Shown: positions 18,744 through 27,341 of the stretch, in pieces | How the letters are laid out: the number at the start of each line of letters is the position of its first letter | Position numbering within the stretch: position 1 is the stretch's first letter | Assembly (NCBI GenBank): GCA_964603455.1 | Contig: CAZRVL010000001.1 | Coordinates: forward strand, 17,031 to 81,030 | Direction: 5' to 3' | Source of the DNA: an uncultured Lachnospiraceae bacterium | Lineage (GTDB): Bacteria > Bacillota > Clostridia > Oscillospirales > CAG-272 | DNA length: 64,000 nucleotides | Made by a program: the position numbers and the translations under genes | The notes under the pieces: generated by a model | Told to the model about the DNA's origin: nothing | Seen by the model: the letters and a program-made list of their open reading frames with translations, nothing else | The model's database searches: none

Positions 18744-20177
18744 ATGAAGCTCAAATTAACAGCACTGCTGCTCATCGCGGCACAGCTCGCCATGTTTTCA
18801 TGCGGCGATAATTCGAATGTTGATACCGAGACCACAACAGACACACAATCCGAAACGACCGAAGTCGGTGACGGATATTCTGTAAGTAAGACTTTCGAAG
18901 GTCAGGAGGTCAATATCCTGCTTTGGTCATTAACCGGGATCAATGTGACCGAGGAAACAGGAGATGTCATAAACGATGCTGTATATCATAGAAATCTCAA
19001 TGTAGAGGACGAGCTTAAGATAAAGCTCAAATATGATGTACGCGCAGGTCACGGCGGAGATTACGGCAACTGGATATCAACGTTAAATGCAAGCATAATG
19101 GCAGGAGACAATGCTTATCAGTTGGCAGGTGGATACGGATACCGTCTAACCGGAGACTCGCTCAACGACAGCTATATGAACCTGAAAGACAATCCGTATA
19201 TAGACTTCACAAAGCCCTGGTGGCCATCAAATATCATCGAGGCATCCGACCTCGGCGGACGTATGACTGTAGCCTTCGGCAACATCGATCCATCCTATTA
19301 CAACACGACTTACGATATATGCTTTAATAAGCAGATAGCCGAGGATCTCAAATTTGATGATATATACACCATCGTAAAGGATGGCAAATGGACACTCGAT
19401 AAGCTTATAGAATATTCGAAACTCGCGGCTGCAGATCTTGACGGTGATACAAAGATGACAGATGCTGACAGATACGGACTCATTTGTGACAATAATATGT
19501 GTGTAGATGCGTTCATAAATTCCTGCGACATAAAGATAACCGAAAAGGATTCCAACGGTGTTCCTTCACTTATCGGTCTGACCGAGAGATATACAAATCT
19601 CTATGACAAATTATACGATTTTTTGAAGACATCCGATTCGGCATATCTCTGTGATGATATGGACAATGTTAATGTAAAGCTGTTCATGAGCGGAAAAAGT
19701 ATGTTCTTCGCTTCCAGATTCCGCGATATACATACTCTCCGTTCGATGGACGATGATTTCGGTGTAGTTCCATATCCGAAGTACGATGAGGCTCAGGAAG
19801 AATATTATACCTACAATGCTATAGGAAACTCTACCTCGTTCATCGCACCGGTTACAGCCGATGAAGAACTCACCGGATGCCTTCTCGAAGCATTGGCATA
19901 TCACGGATACAAAGAAATTCTTCCCGAATACTACGAACGTGCGCTCAAAGGCAAGGGAACACGTGATGACAGCTCGGCAGAAATGCTCGATATAATATTC
20001 AACAATGTCAAGTATGACTTTACACAGATATACTCCTTCAACTTCGGCGATCAGAAGGCTCCGTCTATGGCTCTCAGAATGTCTTTAAAAAATAGCAATC
20101 CTATCTCATCTCTCTGGGCTTCAAATCAGAACATATACGATGAGACTATGGAAAAACTCACAAGTACACTTAAATAA
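18744..20177 (+). CDS. Solute-binding-protein-type lipoprotein, paralog 2 (tandem duplicate of paralog 1)
   Basis: Lipobox LAMFSCGD. Collinear with paralog 1 along its full length, roughly two-thirds identical by eye. Motifs FGVVPYPKYDEAQEEY and YYERALKGKGTRDDSSAEMLDIIF. Confidence 0.65.
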   Translation: MKLKLTALLLIAAQLAMFSCGDNSNVDTETTTDTQSETTEVGDGYSVSKTFEGQEVNILLWSLTGINVTEETGDVINDAVYHRNLNVEDELKIKLKYDVRAGHGGDYGNWISTLNASIMAGDNAYQLAGGYGYRLTGDSLNDSYMNLKDNPYIDFTKPWWPSNIIEASDLGGRMTVAFGNIDPSYYNTTYDICFNKQIAEDLKFDDIYTIVKDGKWTLDKLIEYSKLAAADLDGDTKMTDADRYGLICDNNMCVDAFINSCDIKITEKDSNGVPSLIGLTERYTNLYDKLYDFLKTSDSAYLCDDMDNVNVKLFMSGKSMFFASRFRDIHTLRSMDDDFGVVPYPKYDEAQEEYYTYNAIGNSTSFIAPVTADEELTGCLLEALAYHGYKEILPEYYERALKGKGTRDDSSAEMLDIIFNNVKYDFTQIYSFNFGDQKAPSMALRMSLKNSNPISSLWASNQNIYDETMEKLTSTLK

Positions 20178-20184
20178 TATGCTT

Positions 20185-20212
20185 CTCCCTGCATTTTTTG
20201 CAGGGAGTTTTT
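20185..20212 (+). terminator. Rho-independent terminator
   Basis: CTCCCTGCA-TTTTT-TGCAGGGAG followed by TTTTT. Confidence 0.8.
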
Positions 20213-20313
20213 ATATATAAATGCACGATTATTTTGACAACTCCACTTGTTTTATTAACAATTTTGGGGTATAATAGAATTATGATAATCAAAGCATTCA
20301 AGGAGAACGCACA

Positions 20314-21726
20314 ATGGAAAATTATGAGAATCCTCACAATATCGCTCCGGAGCTGTTTGAGACCATCTGCGCTCAGCGTGAATTTTTCGCTACTGGAAAG
20401 ACACGTGACATTTCATTCAGAAGACAGCTTCTTATAAATCTGAGAATAATGATACGAGACAACGAAGGACTTATTTTAGAGGCTCTGCGCGCCGATCTCG
20501 GAAAATCCTATACCGAAGCATATATGACCGAGATCGGAATGGTCGATCAGGAAATAAACCATACTCTGCGCTATCTGAAGGTTTGGAATGCGCCCGACAC
20601 GACTGCCACACCGTATTTTCTATGGCCTGCTTCGAGCAAAAAATATCACCATCCACGCGGACTCGTAATGATCTTTTCGCCGTGGAATTATCCGTTCCTT
20701 TTATCTATACAGCCGCTCATCTCCTCGATAGCTGCCGGAAACTGCACAATACTTAAGCTGTCAGAGCAATCTCCGCGTACATCAAAGCTACTTTGTGAGC
20801 TGATCGACAAATATTTTGACCGCGAATACATCGCAGCTTACATCGACAGCTTCGAAGCGGTAAAAGCTGTCCGTTGGGAGCAGTTCGGATTGGTATTTTA
20901 TACCGGAGGTCCGACCGTTGCAAGAATAATCTCAAAAGCGGCGGCAGCTCAGCTCACACCGGTAGTACTTGAACTCGGAGGAAAATCCCCCTGCATAGTT
21001 GACCGAACCGCAAATCTAAAGCTTGCAGCCAAGCGCATTGTCGCCGGAAAGCTGCTCAACGCCGGACAGACCTGTGTTGCACCAGATTATCTTTATGTCG
21101 AATCATGTGTCAAAGAGGAATTTATCGGATATTTAAAGGAATACTGCGACAGATTTTGCCAGGCTTCTCCGACCGAAAACAAATTCTATCCGAAGATAAT
21201 AAACAAAATGCACTTCGACCGACTCAAAAATTATCTTGCCGACGGAGATATAATATTCGGCGGCGAGGTCAATGAGGAAAACAACCGCATATCTCTTACA
21301 CTTATGGAGCATATCAAAAAGGACAGCAAGCTCGCAAGCGAAGAAATATTCGGTCCGATACTGCCGATATTCGAATTCGGAGATATAAATATTGTTATAA
21401 ACACGCTCAAAAAGCGTCCGAAGCCTCTCGCATTATACCTTTTCTCAAAGAACAAGGAGACCTGCAAAAATGTGCTCGACAATCTCGATTTCGGCTGCGG
21501 CTGCATAAACGACACAGTAATGCAAATCGCCAATCCCCACCTTCCCTTCGGCGGTGTCGGCGAAAGCGGAATGGGACGCTATCACGGAAAAGCCGGATTC
21601 GATACCTTCAGCACAGAAGCCTCTGTGATGAAATCTTCATCGCACATAGATATAAATCCCTTCCGCTATCCGCCATATGACGATAATTACGGATTGCTGA
21701 GAGTGATACTCAGGTATCTTATATAA
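20314..21726 (+). CDS. NAD(P)-dependent aldehyde dehydrogenase (class 3-like)
   Basis: Motifs ELGGKSP, catalytic Cys in GQTCVAPDY, EEIFGPILP and FGGVGESGMGRYHG. Confidence 0.85.
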   Translation: MENYENPHNIAPELFETICAQREFFATGKTRDISFRRQLLINLRIMIRDNEGLILEALRADLGKSYTEAYMTEIGMVDQEINHTLRYLKVWNAPDTTATPYFLWPASSKKYHHPRGLVMIFSPWNYPFLLSIQPLISSIAAGNCTILKLSEQSPRTSKLLCELIDKYFDREYIAAYIDSFEAVKAVRWEQFGLVFYTGGPTVARIISKAAAAQLTPVVLELGGKSPCIVDRTANLKLAAKRIVAGKLLNAGQTCVAPDYLYVESCVKEEFIGYLKEYCDRFCQASPTENKFYPKIINKMHFDRLKNYLADGDIIFGGEVNEENNRISLTLMEHIKKDSKLASEEIFGPILPIFEFGDINIVINTLKKRPKPLALYLFSKNKETCKNVLDNLDFGCGCINDTVMQIANPHLPFGGVGESGMGRYHGKAGFDTFSTEASVMKSSSHIDINPFRYPPYDDNYGLLRVILRYLI

Positions 21727-21751
21727 ATTTTATAATCTGTGAAATTACCTC

Positions 21752-21780
21752 TTGCATTCTGTGTCGATTTGTGGTATAAT
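21752..21780 (+). promoter_or_regulatory. Sigma-A type promoter of hom
   Basis: TTGCAT (21752-21757), 17 nt, extended -10 TGGTATAAT ending at 21780. This leaves a leader of about 150 nt. Confidence 0.65.
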
Positions 21781-21935
21781 AGTAGTAAGCTAATATGAGA
21801 AAGGAAACAGAGTTCTGCTCTGCCACTTTCGATCTTAAAAATGCTATCACAAACCAAGCTCCGAGATGGAGCAGAAAGGAAGCTTTTGCGTTGTGATGTG
21901 CAACATCACGTGCAAAACGTTACGGTTATAATAAA

Positions 21936-23129
21936 ATGATAAACGTTGCAATATTCGGATTCGGAGTAGTCGGCGGCGGTACTGCCGAAGTGCTTACGAA
22001 GAATGCCGAGCTGATCGCCGAGCGTGTCGGTGACGGGATAAACATAAAATATATTCTCGATCTGCGCGATTTTCCGGACAGTCCATTCGCAGACAAAATA
22101 GTTCACGATATTAATATCATATTGAATGACCCTGAGGTCAAGATATGTGCTGAGCTTATGGGAGGATCTCATCCCGCATTCGAATTTTCAAAGGCTGCAA
22201 TGGAAGCCGGAAAAAGCGTTGTAACTTCGAACAAGGAAGTAGTCGCTACCTTCGGTCCAGAGCTTCTTGAGATCGCCGCAAAAAACAATGTTCGTTATCT
22301 CTTTGAAGCGAGTGTTGGCGGAGGAATACCGGTGATACATCCTATCGGCTCTTGCCTGACAGCCAATGATATTACCGAGGTCGATGGAATACTTAACGGA
22401 ACTACCAACTATATCCTGACTCAGATGATAAACGAAGGCAAGGATTTTGCGGAAGCACTCGCCGAGGCTCAGGAAAAGGGGTATGCCGAAAAAGATCCGA
22501 CAGCCGATGTTGACGGTATAGACACCTGCAGAAAAATATCCATTCTCTCGGCTATCGCATTCGGAAAATTAATTCCGCCGGAAATGGTAAAGACCGAAGG
22601 AATACGCAGCGTAACTCTCAAGGATGTCGAGATAGCCGAAAAGCTCGGTGCATCGATAAAGCTTATCGGACGTGCAGTGAGAGTTGACGGAAAGCTCTGT
22701 GCAACAGTTGCGCCCATGCTCGTCAAAAATTCAAATCCGCTTGCAAATATTTCGGATGTATACAATGGAGTGCTCGTAAACGGAAATGCTATCGGAGATG
22801 TTATGTTCTACGGAAGAGGTGCGGGAAAACTCCCAACTGCAAGCGCGGTCGTTTCTGATATAATCGACATAGCTACTTACCTTGACCATCCGATACACAA
22901 TGTGCATATATGGGAACGTCTTCCCGAATCCGAACTGCTCGATGCAGACCATCTCAAATCCAAATTCTATCTGCGCTTTGACAAAAAGCCAAACCATTGC
23001 CTGTGTATGCTTGATGCAGAGGTTGTTGAGGACAGCGAAGACTGCTATGCGGTCGTTACAGGCGAGGTCAATCCGCTTGAGATCGGTATCACGCTCGCAG
23101 AAAAATATACTGCAATGAGAATCCTTTAA
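21936..23129 (+). CDS. hom: Homoserine dehydrogenase
   Basis: N-terminal Rossmann motif VAIFGFGVVGGG, substrate domain NGTTNYILTQM and ADVDGIDT, and a C-terminal ACT-like region. Confidence 0.85.
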   Translation: MINVAIFGFGVVGGGTAEVLTKNAELIAERVGDGINIKYILDLRDFPDSPFADKIVHDINIILNDPEVKICAELMGGSHPAFEFSKAAMEAGKSVVTSNKEVVATFGPELLEIAAKNNVRYLFEASVGGGIPVIHPIGSCLTANDITEVDGILNGTTNYILTQMINEGKDFAEALAEAQEKGYAEKDPTADVDGIDTCRKISILSAIAFGKLIPPEMVKTEGIRSVTLKDVEIAEKLGASIKLIGRAVRVDGKLCATVAPMLVKNSNPLANISDVYNGVLVNGNAIGDVMFYGRGAGKLPTASAVVSDIIDIATYLDHPIHNVHIWERLPESELLDADHLKSKFYLRFDKKPNHCLCMLDAEVVEDSEDCYAVVTGEVNPLEIGITLAEKYTAMRIL

Positions 23130-23135
23130 AATAGC

Positions 23136-23164
23136 AAGATCGGGAACGAAATGCTCCCGATCTT
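23136..23164. terminator. Bidirectional terminator between hom and the sigma factor gene
   Basis: AAGATCGGGA-9 nt-TCCCGATCTT with A/T runs on both sides. Confidence 0.65.
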
Positions 23165-23167
23165 ATT

Positions 23168-24805
23168 TTATTTCTGCTTTTCTTCGTATATCAAGACCAC
23201 TGGAGGGCAGCAGTAATCTACATCTGCCAGATGCAGTCCTCTCTCATACGCTTCTCTGATAACAAGCATAACAATACACTCTGTAGCCGGAAGATAGCGA
23301 TACATATCGCTTACACCCTTCAAATGTTTCGGCAGCGACAGCATATTACCCTTAAGATACTCTGCATATTCTCCGCCAAGCTCAGACTTCAGTTCATCGA
23401 AGCATTTTTCGATCAATGAGCTTATCTTTTTGAAATTCTCTCGCTCAACGATCGGAATATCTACCTTCAGTTCACCATCTTCTCTGATTATAAGTCCCGT
23501 ACACTTTATGAGATCGGGGAGCTTTTCTATCATTGCGGACGATATTCCGCTGTTTTCGACTGGAAGTTTTTTGTATATACACCAGAGCAACTTTCGTATT
23601 TCATTAAAATACAGCTCATATCCGCAGACAGCGAATCTGTGTGGGTTATCCCACAGAGTCGTGTCAAATTCTACCATCTGCAAAAATTTCGCATCAAAAT
23701 GATCGCATTCACCGCCATCTGTGCGATGTCCTCCGATAACACTGTATTCCTTCACTCTATCAAGCTCCTCGCTTTGATAACCGGACGGAGTATAATATCC
23801 GCTCGCAGTCCAGCTTCCTCCGTCACGCCGATTCGGATGTCTGTATGTGCTGTTGTCTGACAGCCTGAGCTGAAAACGTTGCAATGCACAGAGCAGAAAA
23901 TAACGTTCGAGCTTCGTCCTGCTGTGAACGTTCATCTCACGAACGAAATCAAGCCGGTCGAGTTCGTTTAATCTATTCGACAAAATATTCCATATTCTGT
24001 CAAAACGTTCCTTTATAAATTTTTGCTGTGCCGGGAAATGCTGTATCAAGTCTTCCGGACGATATATTATAAAATCGGTATAATATCTTTTTCCGTCAGT
24101 CTCGACCATAAGCTCGGCATTCGTAAGTTTTCTGATAATAGGTTCAATATATACGGTCGGTATTCCGAGCGCATTTGCAAGCTCTACCGCCGTGAGCGGT
24201 CTTTCGTATGCGGATATTAGCAGATTCTGCGCTATGAGATCGTCTTCAACGCAGGACATCGGCTCACCGTGAAGTCCTTCGCTTCCGCTTATCGAAAGAT
24301 TCAGCGTTCCGGGTATATTGTTTCTTGCTTCGTTCATTTGTGTAAATCCCTCCTTGATCTTTTCGCGACCTGCCGAAAGTCTGCTCTTGACCGTTCCTGA
24401 CGGCAGACCCATATGATAAGCTATATCCGATATAGTTTGACCGTTATAGTAATAACGTATCATAACCTCACGTGTTGTTTTGGACAGATAATTTATTTCA
24501 CGTCTCACACGCTCGGCTTCCTCGATCAGTTCATCATCACCTTCATCTGCTGCAATATTATCAGCCTCGAAAATATCGACTGTCGGCGGCTGTGAATACC
24601 TCTTTCTCAGCATACTGTTAAATTTGTGCATAAACGTATTCGCAAGCCAGGTCTTCGGATATTCTATCACTCCGCCTCTTCTCAAATATGCCAAGGCATC
24701 GAGAAAGGTTTCGGACACCAGATCCTCGGCATCCTCATATGATGAGCATTTCGATTCGGCAAATCTTCGTATGTAATCATAATATTCAAGCAGTTGGTCA
24801 TCCAT
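23168..24805 (-). CDS. ECF-type sigma-70 family factor fused to a C-terminal extension of about 370 aa
   Basis: SD AAAGGAGA lies 7 nt before ATG 24805. Region 2 (YEDAEDLVSETFLDALAYL) and region 4 (GQTISDIAYHMGLPSGTVKSRLSAGREKIKEG) are present. A winged-helix-like segment (LTAVELANALGIPTVYIEPIIRKLTNAELMVE) follows, then a large unassigned domain with no TM. Confidence 0.7.
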   Translation of the reverse strand: MDDQLLEYYDYIRRFAESKCSSYEDAEDLVSETFLDALAYLRRGGVIEYPKTWLANTFMHKFNSMLRKRYSQPPTVDIFEADNIAADEGDDELIEEAERVRREINYLSKTTREVMIRYYYNGQTISDIAYHMGLPSGTVKSRLSAGREKIKEGFTQMNEARNNIPGTLNLSISGSEGLHGEPMSCVEDDLIAQNLLISAYERPLTAVELANALGIPTVYIEPIIRKLTNAELMVETDGKRYYTDFIIYRPEDLIQHFPAQQKFIKERFDRIWNILSNRLNELDRLDFVREMNVHSRTKLERYFLLCALQRFQLRLSDNSTYRHPNRRDGGSWTASGYYTPSGYQSEELDRVKEYSVIGGHRTDGGECDHFDAKFLQMVEFDTTLWDNPHRFAVCGYELYFNEIRKLLWCIYKKLPVENSGISSAMIEKLPDLIKCTGLIIREDGELKVDIPIVERENFKKISSLIEKCFDELKSELGGEYAEYLKGNMLSLPKHLKGVSDMYRYLPATECIVMLVIREAYERGLHLADVDYCCPPVVLIYEEKQK

Positions 24806-24910
24806 ACTGTTTTCTCCTTTCATGAGTATAGTCGCAAAAATATTTAAATGGTTCGGTCAAAGATCGATTTTTTATTTTCTGCTCAGATTTATATAGTTTT
24901 AATAAATCAC

Positions 24911-24939
24911 TTGACAAATATTTTACAATGTGCTATAAT
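24911..24939 (+). promoter_or_regulatory. Sigma-A type promoter of the GDPD gene
   Basis: TTGACA (24911-24916), 17 nt, TATAAT (24934-24939). Confidence 0.7.
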
Positions 24940-24996
24940 ATAAATATCTTTAATAGGATATTTTATCACCATGAAGATAACGAAAGGATAAAGCTC

Positions 24997-25764
24997 ATGA
25001 GCACATATATGAAAATGAATAAGACATGGATCTCTTCGGCACATCAGGGATTCGTTAAAGACGGTGTACACCAAAATACTCTCGCCGCATATCTTTTGGC
25101 TGCCGATAAGGGCGCGGATATGATCGAGACCGATGAAAGAACTACTAAAGACGGAATAATAGTTGCAAATCACGACCCATCTGTAAAGGCATTCAATGAA
25201 AACGGTGAATTGGTCGAATATGTCATTTCCGAAACGAATTATGAAGACATAGCAAAGCTGCGCTTTGTAAAGGGCGGCGATGATGGCTGTCGTGTCCCGA
25301 CACTTAAGGAAGTTCTCCATCTCGCATATTTCACCGGAATGTGTCTGAATATCGACCTCAAGGAAGGAATTACACATGCCGAGGAGATCGCAGAAATGGT
25401 CGTAAGTTCGGGTATGCGCGGAAGAGTCGTATATGCTACTAATGCTTCCGGAGCGGCTGCAATAAACAAGATACTCGCTATCGACCCTGATGCAAGATTC
25501 ATAGACACCAAACAGAATTATACAAGAGAAAAGTTAGCAGATGTAAAGGACTACGCTAACAAGTGCTTCGTATACACAGGTGATTTTTCGGATGAAAACA
25601 TAGCCGAAATACGTAAGAGCGGCTGTATGCTCGCGACTATTTCGCTTAATGCGGACAATGCGAAGGCGGCATTCAAGCATCATCCAGACATGGCTGAATA
25701 TCCTCACACCAGCGATTTTGAGGCTATAGACAAAGAGATACTCAATGCGGTAAAATACTGGTAA
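24997..25764 (+). CDS. Glycerophosphodiester phosphodiesterase family protein
   Basis: SD GAAAGGA lies 8 nt before ATG 24997. GDPD signature SSAHQGFVKDGVHQNTLAAY...GADMIETDERTTKDGIIVANHD. Confidence 0.75.
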   Translation: MSTYMKMNKTWISSAHQGFVKDGVHQNTLAAYLLAADKGADMIETDERTTKDGIIVANHDPSVKAFNENGELVEYVISETNYEDIAKLRFVKGGDDGCRVPTLKEVLHLAYFTGMCLNIDLKEGITHAEEIAEMVVSSGMRGRVVYATNASGAAAINKILAIDPDARFIDTKQNYTREKLADVKDYANKCFVYTGDFSDENIAEIRKSGCMLATISLNADNAKAAFKHHPDMAEYPHTSDFEAIDKEILNAVKYW

Positions 25765-25777
25765 AATATATTTTTTG

Positions 25778-25806
25778 CGGACGATCCATTCGTCCGTTTT
25801 TGTTTT
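25778..25806 (+). terminator. Rho-independent terminator
   Basis: CGGACGA-TCCAT-TCGTCCG followed by TTTTTGTTTTT. Confidence 0.75.
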
Positions 25807-25920
25807 TGGGGGCTAATTGATCACACAGAAAAACTGTAAAATTCAGGAATCTGTTTTATAACCGTCACAATAGTGTGCTAAAATGTTATCGTCGATATAC
25901 GACAGAAAGGATGATGCAAA

Positions 25921-26592
25921 TTGCAATTCAGACACGAAGTCAAGCATATGATAAATCCATATGATATGCTGATACTTAGGCAACGACTTCGAGCGGTCAT
26001 GAAAACGGACAGTCATGTGATAGGAGGAAAATACGAGATACGAAGCTTGTATTTCGACAATATATATGACAAAGCACTCCGTGAAAAACTTGATGGAGTG
26101 AATATCCGTGAAAAATACCGCATACGCCTTTACAACAACGACCCATCTGTCATACATCTCGAACGCAAATTCAAGCATGGAGATCTCGGATATAAGGATT
26201 CGGCTCTTTTGACTCCATGTGAAGCCGAGCGCATAGTAAACGGTGAGATCGAATGGATGTCCGAAAGCCAAAACGATGTAATTCTTGGATTCTACACAAG
26301 AATAAAAAACGAAGGACTTCGTGCAAAGGTGATAGTCGATTATACACGTGAGCCATTCATATATGAAGCCGGAAATGTGCGTGTGACATTGGATCACGAT
26401 ATTCGAACCGGGCTTTCCTGCAAGTCACTTCTCGATCCGAAGTGCGCAACGATACCAATAAAGGATTCGCCTGCTATACTTGAAGTCAAGTGGGATAATT
26501 TTCTGCCTGACGTAATACGTGATGCAGTACAGCTTGATTGCAGATCGGCTTCGGCATTTTCAAAATATGCCGCCTGTCGAATGTACGATTAA
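25921..26592 (+). CDS. VTC-domain (Vtc4-like polyphosphate polymerase / triphosphate-tunnel) protein
   Basis: TTG start 9 nt after SD AGAAAGGA. N-terminus MQFRHEVKH and YEIRSLYFDN are typical of bacterial VTC-domain proteins. 223 aa, soluble. Confidence 0.7.
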   Translation: MQFRHEVKHMINPYDMLILRQRLRAVMKTDSHVIGGKYEIRSLYFDNIYDKALREKLDGVNIREKYRIRLYNNDPSVIHLERKFKHGDLGYKDSALLTPCEAERIVNGEIEWMSESQNDVILGFYTRIKNEGLRAKVIVDYTREPFIYEAGNVRVTLDHDIRTGLSCKSLLDPKCATIPIKDSPAILEVKWDNFLPDVIRDAVQLDCRSASAFSKYAACRMYD

Positions 26593-26666
26593 GTCAAGCT
26601 TTCCGACACAGATCAAATTTTAACCAAGAAAGGATGCCTTTCTAAAACAAAGGCAATGGGAATAAA

Positions 26667-27338
26667 ATGTCATTCAACGATATATTCAAATCAAGTTTCC
26701 TTGAAAACGTCACGGCAGTCAGTCTGCTCGATATGTTCCTGACCATATTGCTGTCATTCGGCATAGGTCTATTCATATTCCTCATATACAAAAAAACTTA
26801 TCGCGGCGTTATGTATTCCGCAAGCTTCGGCACTACTCTCGTTGCTCTGACAATGATAACCTCTGTCGTTATCCTCGCCGTTACATCTAATGTAGTATTA
26901 TCACTCGGTATGGTCGGTGCATTGTCGATAGTTCGTTTTCGTACCGCTATCAAAGAACCGCTCGATATAGCATTTTTATTCTGGTCTATCGGTGCGGGTA
27001 TCGTGCTTGCCGCAGGAATGATACCGCTTGCCGTAATAAGCAGCGTTATAATAGGCATCGTACTCCTCGTCTTTGTAAACAAAAAATCATATTCGCATCC
27101 ATACATGGTCGTGCTGAACTGCTGCGATCATGAGAGCGAAACACGTGCGGCTGAGTTTCTAAATAAAAATGTGATAAAGAGTGTTGTCAAGAGCAAATCA
27201 GCTGTAAAGGGTGCGGTTGAATTAAATATCGAAGTAAGATTAAAGGATGACAACACAGATTTCGTAAGTACGCTTTCCGAAATGCAGGGTGTGAACAGCG
27301 CAGTTATTGTTTCCTACAACGGCGAATATATGGGATAG
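26667..27338 (+). CDS. DUF4956-type membrane protein
   Basis: Four N-terminal TM helices including the conserved VGALSIVRFRTAIKEPLDIAFLFWSIGAGI, plus a soluble tail of about 85 aa. It is the middle gene of the VTC/CotH triad. Confidence 0.6.
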   Translation: MSFNDIFKSSFLENVTAVSLLDMFLTILLSFGIGLFIFLIYKKTYRGVMYSASFGTTLVALTMITSVVILAVTSNVVLSLGMVGALSIVRFRTAIKEPLDIAFLFWSIGAGIVLAAGMIPLAVISSVIIGIVLLVFVNKKSYSHPYMVVLNCCDHESETRAAEFLNKNVIKSVVKSKSAVKGAVELNIEVRLKDDNTDFVSTLSEMQGVNSAVIVSYNGEYMG

Positions 27339-27341
27339 ATC

